The position numbers and the translations under genes were made by a program. Positions 1 to 8,702 of a stretch of DNA of 64,000 nt are shown here, in pieces (position 1 is the stretch's first letter; the number at the start of each line of letters is the position of its first letter). The DNA lies in NCBI GenBank assembly GCA_963707125.1, contig CAVPOU010000007.1, positions 22,333 through 86,332 of the forward strand. The letters are read 5' to 3'. Source of the stretch: an uncultured delta proteobacterium. Its GTDB lineage: Bacteria > Desulfobacterota > DSM-4660 > Desulfatiglandales > HGW-15. The notes under the pieces are model-generated. The model was not told the origin of the DNA, searched no databases, and worked only from the letters and a program-made list of their open reading frames with translations.

Positions 1-630
1 ATTTCCTACATTTTGGCGGAGCATGCGCCAGAGAACGTAATGGATCTGCCCCGCCTCAATGTATGATTTCTTGAAGCGACGAATCATGGGCGCCAGGGCT
101 TCGGCGCGCATCTGATCCCGAACCAGGAATCTCCGGCTGTCGACCCGGGCAAAACGTTTGACGCTCTCCAGGGTTTCTTCGAATGAACCGGCGGTCGCGG
201 TTTTGTAAAAATCCAGAAGTGCGGCGGTCGCCTGTTTTTCTGCAAGGTAAACCTCGTACTGGACGTGATGAGGATCAAGCTTTTCCGGGGAGCCGCCTGA
301 AGAGAAGAACTCATGAATGGCTACAAGATGCTCCAGGTAAGGCTCCACCTGGTAAATGGAAATGCCCATAACGCTCAGTTCACGGAGCGCGAGGCACATG
401 GAGTGAATGAAGGCCGGGTATTCGGCGTCCAATGTCAGGACGTATTCCTCAACGGGAAGATCGCCTCTGAGCATTTGCTGAAAAGAGGCGTCGGGAGGCT
501 CTTCCAGGAAAACGGCTTCGTGGTCTCGCATCAAGGCCGCTGCATGGGGAACCGTTTCAGGTCGGTGTTCGGCCAGGACAAGGGTGGCGCGTGCAAGCAT
601 GGTCATAAGGAGAAGATCCTTGACGTTCAT
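1..630 (-). CDS. hypothetical protein; 3' end runs off the left edge of the window
   Basis: My own reverse-strand translation is open from ATG at 630-628 to position 1 (MNVKDLLLMTMLARATLVLAEHRPETVPHAAALMRDHEAVFLEEPPDASF...). It is absent from the ORF track because there is no stop inside the window. Forward ORFs 183-371 and 313-666 look like antisense shadows. Confidence 0.45.
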   Translation of the reverse strand, partial: MNVKDLLLMTMLARATLVLAEHRPETVPHAAALMRDHEAVFLEEPPDASFQQMLRGDLPVEEYVLTLDAEYPAFIHSMCLALRELSVMGISIYQVEPYLEHLVAIHEFFSSGGSPEKLDPHHVQYEVYLAEKQATAALLDFYKTATAGSFEETLESVKRFARVDSRRFLVRDQMRAEALAPMIRRFKKSYIEAGQIHYVLWRMLRQNVGN

Positions 631-832
631 CCATTCATGGCAGTGCCGAATCGTGCGAAGCCATAGAAAAGGCACGGGATGGGCGTAAAACCCGGCACAA
701 AAAGAAGCATTGGGGGTCTCCAGGACTTCAATCTGTGATATGATACAAATTATATTCCGTTTCGCTGGGCAGGGGAAGAAAGGAAGCGCTAGGAAATCAT
801 TTTTTCGGTTGGTTGTTGTAGGAGGGAAGCAC

Positions 833-1672
833 ATGGGAATTATGGATTACTTCAAGCCGGTAGATACCTGGTCCCCGGACAAGGTCCGGCAGTTCTTAAA
901 TGAAGAGAGCCCCCAGGACTACAACCTGGTGGATGTGAGGACCCCGAAAGAATACGAAGAGGGGCACCTGCCCGGGGCACAGCTGATTCCCGTGGGAGAA
1001 CTGGAATCCCGGTTGAAGGAGCTGGACAGGACCAAGCCCACGATCACTTACTGAGCGGCCGGCGTACGCAGCCGGGCCGCTGCCGCAGTCCTTTCGCGGG
1101 AGGGTTTCAAGGAGGCCTACAGCATGGAGGGCGGGATTCGTGCCTGGAACGGTCTTAGAGCGGCCGGTCCTCCGGAGGCCGGGATGGCCTATTTCGATCC
1201 GGCCAAGAAGCCGGAGGAGATGATCGCCCTCGCGTGGATGCTGGAGGAGGGGGCTTGCAGGTTCTACAGGGAAATGGGGAAAAGGCACAAGGGTCCGGAT
1301 GAAGCAGCGCTTTTCCGGGAACTGTCGGATGATGAAGAGAAACACAAATCCTCCCTTTTCAAAATCTACCAGAGACGGACCGGCAAGGATGCGGACCCTG
1401 GATTTCCGCGTTCACTCCTCTCCCTAGAATCAGGGGTCGATTATCTGGAGGGCGGGGTGGTCTTGAACAAGGCCCTGGAGTGGGCTCAGGGTCAAGAGCT
1501 GAAAGACATCCTGGACTTTTCTGTTTCTCTGGAGGTGAACGCCACAGATCTCTACATCAAGATGGAGCGCAAAGTGGAGGGAGAAGACGCGAAAGAGGTT
1601 TTTCAGGCCCTGTCCAATCAGGAGAGAAACCACCTGAAGCGGCTTACCGCCGGTCTTCAAAAAGATTGGTAG
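833..1672 (+). CDS. rhodanese-domain / ferritin-like (two ExxH) fusion protein with in-frame UGA at 1052-1054 (candidate selenocysteine)
   Basis: GGAGGG at 821-826 lies 6 nt before ATG 833. Track ORFs ending at 1054 and starting at 1124 are in the same frame (291 nt apart), with no other stop between them. The context KPTITY-UGA-AAGVRSRAAAAVL...GGIRAWNG matches the rhodanese C-x2-G-x-R-S active-site loop. The C-terminal half has LEEGA / DEEKH / LEVNA / QERNH, a diiron four-helix-bundle pattern. Confidence 0.7.
1055..1080 (+). promoter_or_regulatory. GC-rich hairpin directly 3' of the UGA (candidate bacterial SECIS)
   Basis: GCGGCCGGC (1055-1063), loop GUACGCA, then GCCGGGCCGC (1071-1080): 9 bp with one bulged G. 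An overlapping alternative is GCAGC-CGGGCC-GCUGC. Folded by eye only. Confidence 0.4.
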
Positions 1673-1771
1673 CGTTCAAAAGTGGTTCCATAGGCTTAAA
1701 ACATGATAACAGAAACAACGGGAAACGCTGAATGTCTCGGAACCCGAAATTCATTTGATGGAGGGTGGATC

Positions 1772-2212
1772 ATGGAAATTAAAAAGATACTCTGGGCAAC
1801 AGACCTCTCAGAGAATGCCGGCAAGGCGCTACCTCTGGTTACGTCCCTTTCCGAGAGATACCAGACGGAAGTCCACGTGGTATATGTCTTGGAGGAGTTT
1901 GGGCATTTCGGCGCCTGGTACGGCGAATTCGATCGAACTGAGATCGAAAAGATGCAGGAACTGGAGAGGAAACAGGCCGAGGAGAAGCTAGACGAAATCT
2001 GCATGCTTCATCTGGACCGTTGCCCACTCTACATTCGGCACACGGCTGTGGGGGACCCTGCCAACGAAATCCTTAAGCTCGTTGAGAAGGAAAGAGCGGA
2101 TTTGGTGGTGATTGCCAGCCGCGGCCGGAAGAGCCACTTTGATTTCGGAAGCGTGGCTGAAAAGATCGTAAGGCACTCTCCGGCGCCGGTTCTAGTAATA
2201 CCTGCCAGGTAG
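1772..2212 (+). CDS. universal stress protein (UspA family)
   Basis: MEIKKILWATDLSENAGKALP...DLVVIASRGRKSHFDFGSVAEKIVRHSPAPVLVIP is a typical Usp fold signature. GGAGGG lies upstream of ATG 1772. Confidence 0.8.
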   Translation: MEIKKILWATDLSENAGKALPLVTSLSERYQTEVHVVYVLEEFGHFGAWYGEFDRTEIEKMQELERKQAEEKLDEICMLHLDRCPLYIRHTAVGDPANEILKLVEKERADLVVIASRGRKSHFDFGSVAEKIVRHSPAPVLVIPAR

Positions 2213-2460
2213 AGAACGTATGCTGTGACGAGAGAGTTTCCAGGTACAGTTCGTTTCTTTGGCTCAATGTGCACCGGCGATTATAAAAGAATATAAATCT
2301 GAGAACCGGCCGGACAACCCCATCCTCCTTCTTGCTTTTTTCAGCGGCGAGGTTTATCCCGCCCCACTAAATCCTTGCGGGCTCGTCCCCTGCGGGGCCT
2401 GACTCCCCATCCCAGGGGATTTGTGGTACAAGTAGCTAACCATTGAGGGAGGTGTTTTGT

Positions 2461-3318
2461 ATGGATAAAAGGAGAGGGCTGGCACTGGTTACGGGAGCGA
2501 GCAGCGGTACGGGACGAGAAACCGCGAAGCGACTGGCTGAGAAAGGATTTGACGTGATCGTTGCGGCAAGGCGCAAGGAACGCCTCGAAGAACTTGCCTC
2601 TCAATACAAAAGCATCACCCCCAGAGAGCTGGATCTCTCGAAGCAGGCAAAGGTGAAGACTTTTTGTGAATACCTTTCGACTTTGCCCGGACCTGTATCC
2701 GTCCTGATCAATAATGCAGGGTACAGCATCCGGGGCGCCTTAGAGGATGTGCCGCCGGAGGCAGTCAGACGGGTCTTTCAGGTCAATCTGTTTTCTTTGA
2801 TTCAAATTACCCAGGCGTGCTTGCCTGCGATGCGTAAACAGAGAAAGGGCAGGATCGTGAACGTCAGCTCTATGGCAGGTAAGTTCGTCTTCCCCATGAG
2901 CGGAGTTTATGCGGCAACGAAGCATGCGCTGGAGGCTGTTACGGACGCGCTGCGCCTCGAAGTCGCCCCTTTCGGGATCAAGGTTGTGGCCATTCGCCCA
3001 GGCTTTGTTGCCACGGAGTTCAACGATGCGGCCAATCGTATCACGGGGGACCTCATGGCAAAGACAGACCCTGACTATAAGATTCTTTATCAGACGGCGG
3101 CCACGGGAGTCGGAAAGCTGTTTGTGAATGCGACCGTGCCCGGTCCCGGCTCGATTGCCGATCTCATTCTGGAGGCTGTTCTTTCAGAAAACCCCAGGGT
3201 GGTCTACTCAGGCGGCTTCCTGAGTCAGGAGATTCTGGGCAAGCGCTTTCAGCTGGACGATGAAGGGTTCCACCGGTTCATGGGTGAACTCACAGGGCTG
3301 GGGGTCTTGCGGGTATGA
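2461..3318 (+). CDS. short-chain dehydrogenase/reductase (SDR)
   Basis: LVTGASSGTGRETAKRL (TGxxxGxG), NNAG, and S...YAATKHAL (YxxxK) motifs are present. Confidence 0.85.
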   Translation: MDKRRGLALVTGASSGTGRETAKRLAEKGFDVIVAARRKERLEELASQYKSITPRELDLSKQAKVKTFCEYLSTLPGPVSVLINNAGYSIRGALEDVPPEAVRRVFQVNLFSLIQITQACLPAMRKQRKGRIVNVSSMAGKFVFPMSGVYAATKHALEAVTDALRLEVAPFGIKVVAIRPGFVATEFNDAANRITGDLMAKTDPDYKILYQTAATGVGKLFVNATVPGPGSIADLILEAVLSENPRVVYSGGFLSQEILGKRFQLDDEGFHRFMGELTGLGVLRV

Positions 3319-3463
3319 TGAGCAAACCCTTGGAAAGATCAAGGAAAGGATCAACCGGTTTTACTTTGAGTGAAGTGTGACTTTGCGCTGTTTCGGCCGG
3401 CATCCGGAGCCTGTTTTATTGTCAACTCTTTTGTTCTTGCTTTGTTGTGGAGGAGGCAAAAAA

Positions 3464-3673
3464 TGGGAATTCTGGATTATTTCAAGCCGGTGGATACCTG
3501 GCCCCCGGATGAGGTCCGGCAGTTCTTGAATGATAGGAGCCCTAAGGAATACAAGTGGTTGATGTGAAGAGTTTCAAAGAGTACGAAGAAAAGGAAGAGA
3601 AAGCGAAGAAGATATTTGACTCACCGCAGTACTTCAAAAAAACGGGCCATTCATTGCCCGGTGGGAGAAACTC
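3464..3673 (+). pseudogene. decayed duplicate of the 5' end of the rhodanese gene at 833
   Basis: About 125 nt (with a similar RBS region) are ~80% identical by eye to 833-960 (MGILDYFKPVDTWPPDEVRQFLNDRSPKEY vs MGIMDYFKPVDTWSPDKVRQFLNEESPQDY). A 1-nt gap shifts the frame (..VVDVKSFKEYEE in the next frame) and similarity then ends. No active-site loop is present. Confidence 0.5.
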
Positions 3674-4156
3674 ATGAGCGAGGGCGGACTGAAGCAGGCC
3701 AGGCAATTGACCAGCGAGGGGTTTCATTATGATAACCTCGTCGAAATGGCAAAACACTGCCGTGAGGAGACTGATCCCGAAAGGATTTTGAGCGCCTACA
3801 TCCTGAATCGCGTTTTGTCTGATCTGGCGGCAGAACTTGGGGATGGCATCGTGCTCACCGACGAACTGCGCAAGCTGGAGGCCAAATACCGAACCGCCCT
3901 GAATCTCGCGCTTGAAAGCGCGGAGGCAGGGGCACCCCAGGAAGAGCAGAACAGAAGGCTGAACGGATCTCGTCCAGACTGCTGTGGACTTCTGAAGAGA
4001 CAGCGTAAACCTCTGAGTCAGCGGAGGGAAGATCGATGGATAGCGTGCGTTCACAGCCTGTGCTGGTCACGGGCTCCACAGGGTACGTGGGTGGGAGGCT
4101 GGTACCGCAGCTTTTGTCCTCGGGGCACCGGGTGCGCGTCCTGGGCCGGTCTGTAG
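3674..4156 (+). CDS. hypothetical protein (3' end doubtful)
   Basis: The ORF-track protein MSEGGLKQARQLTSEGFHYDNLVEMAKH... has a helical-looking first ~95 aa. Its last 120 nt overlap the next gene in another frame. A +1 shifted frame would instead stop at TAA ~4007-4009, just before the GGAGGG of the next gene. Confidence 0.3.
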   Translation: MSEGGLKQARQLTSEGFHYDNLVEMAKHCREETDPERILSAYILNRVLSDLAAELGDGIVLTDELRKLEAKYRTALNLALESAEAGAPQEEQNRRLNGSRPDCCGLLKRQRKPLSQRREDRWIACVHSLCWSRAPQGTWVGGWYRSFCPRGTGCASWAGL

Positions 4157-5580
4157 CGAAACTCCAGGCCCGTCCATGGGCAACTCGCCCTCTCCTGGAA
4201 ATGGTTCAGGCCGATGTGATGGATCTGGAATCCCTGAAAAAGGCCTGCCGGGGGTGCTGGGCTGCTTTCTACCTTGTTCACTCCATGAGCGCGCGCCACA
4301 AGGACTTTGCCGCAGCAGACCGCAAAGCCGCAGTCAATATGGCCAAGGCTGCAAGTGAAGAGGGAGTGGAAAGGATCATCTACCTCGGTGGGCTCGGCGA
4401 GGAGTCGGATTCCCTCAGCAAGCACCTCAAGTCCCGCATAGAGGTGGCCAGGATACTGCAGTCCGGGAGGGTTCCCACCACCTTTCTGAGAGCCGCCATG
4501 CTCCTGGGCTCGGGCAGCGCCTCCTTTGAGATCCTTCGCTACCTGGCGGAGCGCCTTCCCGTCATGATCACACCCCGGTGGGTAAAAAATCCTGTGCAGC
4601 CCATCGCCATTCGCAATGTGCTGAACTATCTTCAGGGTTGCCTGGAGAATGCGGAAACCACCGGTGGGACATTCGACATCGGCGGTCCGGACGTCCTGAC
4701 CTACCGGCGCCTCCTGGAGATTTACGCGGAAGAGGCGGGTCTTGCAAAACGCTGGATCATACCGGTCCCGGTGCTCACACCACGACTGAGTTCCTTGTGG
4801 ATCCACCTGATAACACCTGTCCCTTCTTACATTGCCAGGCCTCTGACAGAGGGACTCCAAAATCCTGTTGTCTGCCGGGAGGATCGAATAAGGGCTCTCA
4901 TTCCTCAGGAATTGATGACCTGCCGCGATACCATCCGTCTTGCCCTGGGCCGCATCCGCAACCAGTGCGTGGAAACCTGCTGGACGGACGCAGGACAGCC
5001 CTCCATCCCTGAGTGGATCCACTGCGGGGATGCCTCCTATAGCGGAGGCGACATTCTGGAGTCCGGTTACCGGATCGTTTTGGACGCCACACCCGAGGAT
5101 GTGTGGAAACCGATCGTGAGAATCGGAGGCTAAACAGGCTGGTACTCGGCAAACGCTCTGTGGTTCCTGAGAGGTCTGATCGACCGCCTGGCGGGCGGCA
5201 TCGGCTTGCGCAGGGGTCGCCGGGATCCGGCTCGGCTTTATGCAGGGGACGCTGTGGATTTTTTCCGGGTTCTCGAGGTGGAGGAGCCTTATCACCTCCA
5301 CCTCTTGGCTGAGATGAAATTCCCGGGCGAAGCCTCTCTTGAATTCAGGCTCCACCCCATGAAGGATGGCCGAACTGAGCTCCAGCAGCTGTCTCGATAT
5401 GTCCCAAAGGGGCTCTCAGGACTCCTTTACTGGTACATCCTCTACCCCTTCCACGAGTGGGTCTTCCGGGGGATGCTCAGGGGCATTGCCAAGGCAGTGG
5501 GAAGACCTGTCGTCCAGGGGCCGGACCGTTTCGCACCACGACGCCACCATGTCTGCACCTTTGATCCCAGAGTGTCGTAG
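4036..5580 (+). pseudogene. NAD(P)-binding SDR/NmrA-like + DUF2867 protein interrupted by in-frame TAA (5131-5133)
   Basis: VLVTGSTGYVGGRLV is a Rossmann motif. ORFs 4036-5133 and 5206-5580 are in the same frame (1170 nt apart). Reading through gives RIGG-*-TGWYSANALWFLRGLIDRLAGGIGLRRGRRDP, a continuous DUF2867-type sequence. Confidence 0.7.
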
Positions 5581-5603
5581 GACCGGCCGGAATCAGCCCA
5601 CGG

Positions 5604-6635
5604 CTACACGATGTGAACGACAATGGCGTGCTCTTCCACCCCGTTGTTCCCGTACCCGAGCACATTCCAGGAGGCGCTCATGGGCTGCATCCGACCGTTG
5701 TCGTCGGTTGCCCGCGCCATGATCTTGAAATCCCCTTTGCCTTTTGCCTCCCAGACAAATTGCCACTGCCTCCAAGCGAATTTCTCCTGTGGGCCTATAA
5801 ACGTGGCGGGCTCCCAACTGCTGCCGTTATCGACTGAAACCTCCACCCGCTCAACTTCCCCCTCCCCGGCGTAGGCTGCCCCCAGGATCGTTATAGGTCC
5901 CACGGGCAGGCTTTCGCCCTGAAGGGGTTGAGTGATAATCGAGTTCAGTTTGATGGCTGTCACAACCGATCCGCTCTTGGGGTCCTGGTCCTTTTGAAAC
6001 ACGCGATAGACCTTGTCCATGAAAAAACCTTCGTAAGGCCGGTCCATGAGCGTGATCTTGTGCAGCCATTTGGCGCTGTTCGCGCCGGTCCACCCCAGAG
6101 CCAAAGCCCGCAGAGGATATCCGTGTTTAAGGGGCAGAGGTTCGCCGTTCATCTCGTAGGCCAGGAGGGTGGAGGACATGGCTTTTTCAAGGGGAATGCT
6201 CCGGATAAAAGGGATGCCGGAGCTTCCGAGAGGCTTGTCCATTCCCTGAAAGGCGACGTGCTTTGCGTCCGGCATGGGACGCGCCCTTACGAGGATGTCC
6301 CGAAGCCAAACGCCTCCCCATACGGCATTGCCCGCTCCCCCTATGGTCCAGGGATTGCCGGATGCTTTTTCTGCGAGAAGAGAGCGACCGTTTCCGGAAC
6401 ACTCCAGGGTGTTGGAGACTATGGCCTTTGGCATGCGGGTGATCTGATCATAAGAAAGTCGAATGGGATCTTCCACCAGCCCATCGATGTGGAGTCGCCA
6501 CTCAGCCGTAGAGACGGGTTCCTGAGGGATTTCTCCCTGGTTCCGATCGAAAAAAACGGCATTTGATGTGATCCAGGAGCGAAGATGGGAAATAGGGGTT
6601 TCTGCATTCAAAGGCCTCTCGGTCATGATCCGCAT
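5604..6635 (-). CDS. sulfite-oxidase-family molybdopterin oxidoreductase (no signal peptide seen)
   Basis: TERPLNAETP...HLRSWITSNAVFFDRNQGEIP...TLECSGNGRS (conserved Mo-ligand Cys context), followed by a C-terminal Ig-like dimerisation-type segment. Confidence 0.8.
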   Translation of the reverse strand: MRIMTERPLNAETPISHLRSWITSNAVFFDRNQGEIPQEPVSTAEWRLHIDGLVEDPIRLSYDQITRMPKAIVSNTLECSGNGRSLLAEKASGNPWTIGGAGNAVWGGVWLRDILVRARPMPDAKHVAFQGMDKPLGSSGIPFIRSIPLEKAMSSTLLAYEMNGEPLPLKHGYPLRALALGWTGANSAKWLHKITLMDRPYEGFFMDKVYRVFQKDQDPKSGSVVTAIKLNSIITQPLQGESLPVGPITILGAAYAGEGEVERVEVSVDNGSSWEPATFIGPQEKFAWRQWQFVWEAKGKGDFKIMARATDDNGRMQPMSASWNVLGYGNNGVEEHAIVVHIV

Positions 6636-6718
6636 TTTCTCAGCTCATCGTCGTCTCCTCCATGGAATCAAGCATTCACAAAAGAGCTCTATCCATTAGG
6701 CCTGCTAAGTCTCCCGAC

Positions 6719-7024
6719 TTATCGCTGGCTCGCAGCCGACTTGTACTTGGCGTACACGTCGTGGACTTTTCGCTTGAGGGCTTTGAGCTTTTTCGAATCC
6801 TCTTTAGAAAGCCATGAAGGTTCGCTGATGGAAAAGAGGGAGTTACTGATGTCGTCAAGAGCGCGCTCGCTGGCCTCACACCATTCTAGGGTACAGGCAT
6901 TGACCATCTTTGATGTGAAATCGATTTCTTTTTCGAGTAATCCCAGAGACTGCTCAAGATTCTCTACGAATGATTTCCACCCTTCAAATACTTTTTTCCT
7001 TACGATTTCATCGGGCATTTCCAT
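6719..7024 (-). CDS. hypothetical small helical protein upstream of the Mo-oxidoreductase
   Basis: A 101-aa ORF on the same strand, 84 nt upstream of 6635, with charged helical composition. No family recognised. Confidence 0.4.
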   Translation of the reverse strand: MEMPDEIVRKKVFEGWKSFVENLEQSLGLLEKEIDFTSKMVNACTLEWCEASERALDDISNSLFSISEPSWLSKEDSKKLKALKRKVHDVYAKYKSAASQR

Positions 7025-7179
7025 TGGCTTGTCCTCCTCTTAAGATTTTTGACTAATTTAAAGCCCTTAAACGATAAAGCAAGAGAGATCTATTGAATAC
7101 TTACGCCAATCCTATCGCATGTGAGCCGGTGCATTGATTCACAAAAAGGCACTGGACTTATACTGAATCTCATCTTAAA

Positions 7180-7626
7180 GTGAGTTTAAATGTAATGGAC
7201 GTGGAGGCAGTCATGCAACTAGGATTTGCTCAATTCCTAAAACTTTACGCCATATCCGTGCCTGTTTTTTTCCTGATCGATTTCCTTTGGCTCGGCTTGA
7301 TCGCTAAACCTTTTTATGACAGGCACTTAGGGTACATCCTTCGAAGCCAAGTCCTTTGGACGGCTGCGATTCTGTTCTATCTCTTCTTCCTCCTCGGCCT
7401 GGTTGTGTTTGTCATAGCCCCTGCAGTCGAATCCGGATCTCTTGCAAAGGCGATTTTCTTGGGTCTGTTTTTTGGTTTCATCACTTACCAGACCTATGAG
7501 CTGACGAACTACGCGCTGGTGAAAGACTGGCCTCTCATCGTAGTGATCGTGGACATCGCGTGGGGAATGGTGCTCTCCAGCCTCGTCAGCGCGATCACCT
7601 TTCTACTTGCCACAAAGGTTTTCTAG
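7180..7626 (+). CDS. integral membrane protein, DUF2177-like
   Basis: Four hydrophobic segments (LKLYAISVPVFFLIDFLWLGLIAKPFY...). Family assignment is from memory. The start could be an internal Met. Confidence 0.55.
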   Translation: MSLNVMDVEAVMQLGFAQFLKLYAISVPVFFLIDFLWLGLIAKPFYDRHLGYILRSQVLWTAAILFYLFFLLGLVVFVIAPAVESGSLAKAIFLGLFFGFITYQTYELTNYALVKDWPLIVVIVDIAWGMVLSSLVSAITFLLATKVF

Positions 7627-7781
7627 TATCAAGAGCCTTCCCTTGATGGTAGTGGAGTTTGCCTGGTCTGCCAAGGGACCGGACAATATTTCAAAATTCT
7701 TCTGGGTTACACTTGACATGCACTTCCGGCGCTTATATTATCTTTATCTTATTAACGTAAACTTCAAAAGGAGGGTGTAAG

Positions 7782-7949
7782 ATGGCGAAGAAGGATGTGC
7801 ATAAGCAAAGATTTGTTTGGGTAAAGGACAAGTCCGGAAATGAGTTTGTGTGCCGAATCGACGACCTGAAGGACCCGAAGAAGGTAGACAAGGAGGACCT
7901 CAAGAACTGCGTCGATGATGCTTCGAGAGCGATCAACATAGGCGACTAG
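7782..7949 (+). CDS. small basic protein, 55 aa (below ORF-track cutoff)
   Basis: AAAGGAGGG lies 5-6 nt before ATG 7782. Translation is MAKKDVHKQRFVWVKDKSGNEFVCRIDDLKDPKKVDKEDLKNCVDDASRAINIGD. It is followed by a clean terminator. Confidence 0.45.
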   Translation: MAKKDVHKQRFVWVKDKSGNEFVCRIDDLKDPKKVDKEDLKNCVDDASRAINIGD

Positions 7950-7986
7950 TTAAAGGTCCACCTGGAAGTCGGGTCAAAAACCATGG

Positions 7987-8014
7987 ACAGGGTCTCTAAG
8001 ACCCTGTTTTTTTT
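7987..8014 (+). terminator. rho-independent terminator
   Basis: ACAGGGTCT / AGACCCTGT stem (7987-7995 / 7999-8007) followed by a T8 run. Confidence 0.6.
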
Positions 8015-8065
8015 GATTCCCCAAGTAGATTTAAAGGCAGTGTCTCAATTATGCCTCTGCAAGTG

Positions 8066-8140
8066 TGTCATTTCGAGCGAATGCGAGAAATCTTGGCGTT
8101 CAGCACAGTTAAAAGATCTCTCCCTTCGGTCGAAATGACA
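8066..8140. repeat. imperfect inverted-repeat (REP/hairpin-like) intergenic element
   Basis: TGTCATTTCGAGCGAATGCGAGAAATCTT pairs with AAAAGATCTCTCCCTTCGGTCGAAATGACA; the arms are complementary apart from a few mismatches. Confidence 0.6.
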
Positions 8141-8212
8141 ACTTATCTCCGGAATACAAACTGCGGCTGGAACTTCAGAACCATGAAGCCGGAAAGAAAG
8201 GGAGGTTGCCGG

Positions 8213-8682
8213 ATGATAATGAAGTCCATGTGTTCGATTTGTATTCTCCTTTTCTTTATAGCGGTTTTTCCATGGCGCAAGCAGGTGAAAAGGGTTCTGT
8301 CGCAGATCTTGATCTCGACGCGCTGCGCTGGAAGAACCGTGTTCTTGTTCTTTTTTCTCCTTCGGAATCCGACGTTTCATTTCAATTGCAAAAGCAGGGT
8401 TTGGCTTCGAGCACAGAAGGGGTGCTCGATCGTGAACTCATGGTCCTGGAAATTATAGAACAAGGGCAGAGCAGGGCCGGCAATCAGCTCCTGTCGCAAA
8501 AATCTGTTCAGAATATCCGCAGGAGACTCGGGGTGCAGGCAGGGCCTTTTCAGGTTTTGTTGATCGGAAAAGACGGTGGCGTCAAGCTCCGTTCCTCAGA
8601 ACCGGTTTCGGTGAAGGACATTTTCGGTCTCATTGACAGCATGCCCATGCGCCAGCAGGAAATGGAGAGCAGGAAAAAATAA
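8213..8682 (+). CDS. secreted DUF4174-like protein; apparent 1-nt indel in a T5 run (8265-8269)
   Basis: GGGAGG (8199-8204) precedes ATG 8213, giving a signal peptide MIMKSMCSICILLFFIAVF. The domain (RWKNRVLVLFSPSE...DRELMVLEI) is in the adjacent frame (track ORF 8206-8682, TTG start). One extra T would give ..FIAVFSMAQAGEKGS. Confidence 0.55.
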
Positions 8683-8702
8683 CCCGTTTGAGAGATTCAG
8701 AA

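Noticed and set aside
4051-5355. 434-aa ORF on the minus strand
   Set aside because: It lies entirely antisense to the SDR/DUF2867 gene, which has clear motifs. Its composition is Arg/Pro/Gly-rich and there is no RBS, so it is a GC-driven shadow ORF.
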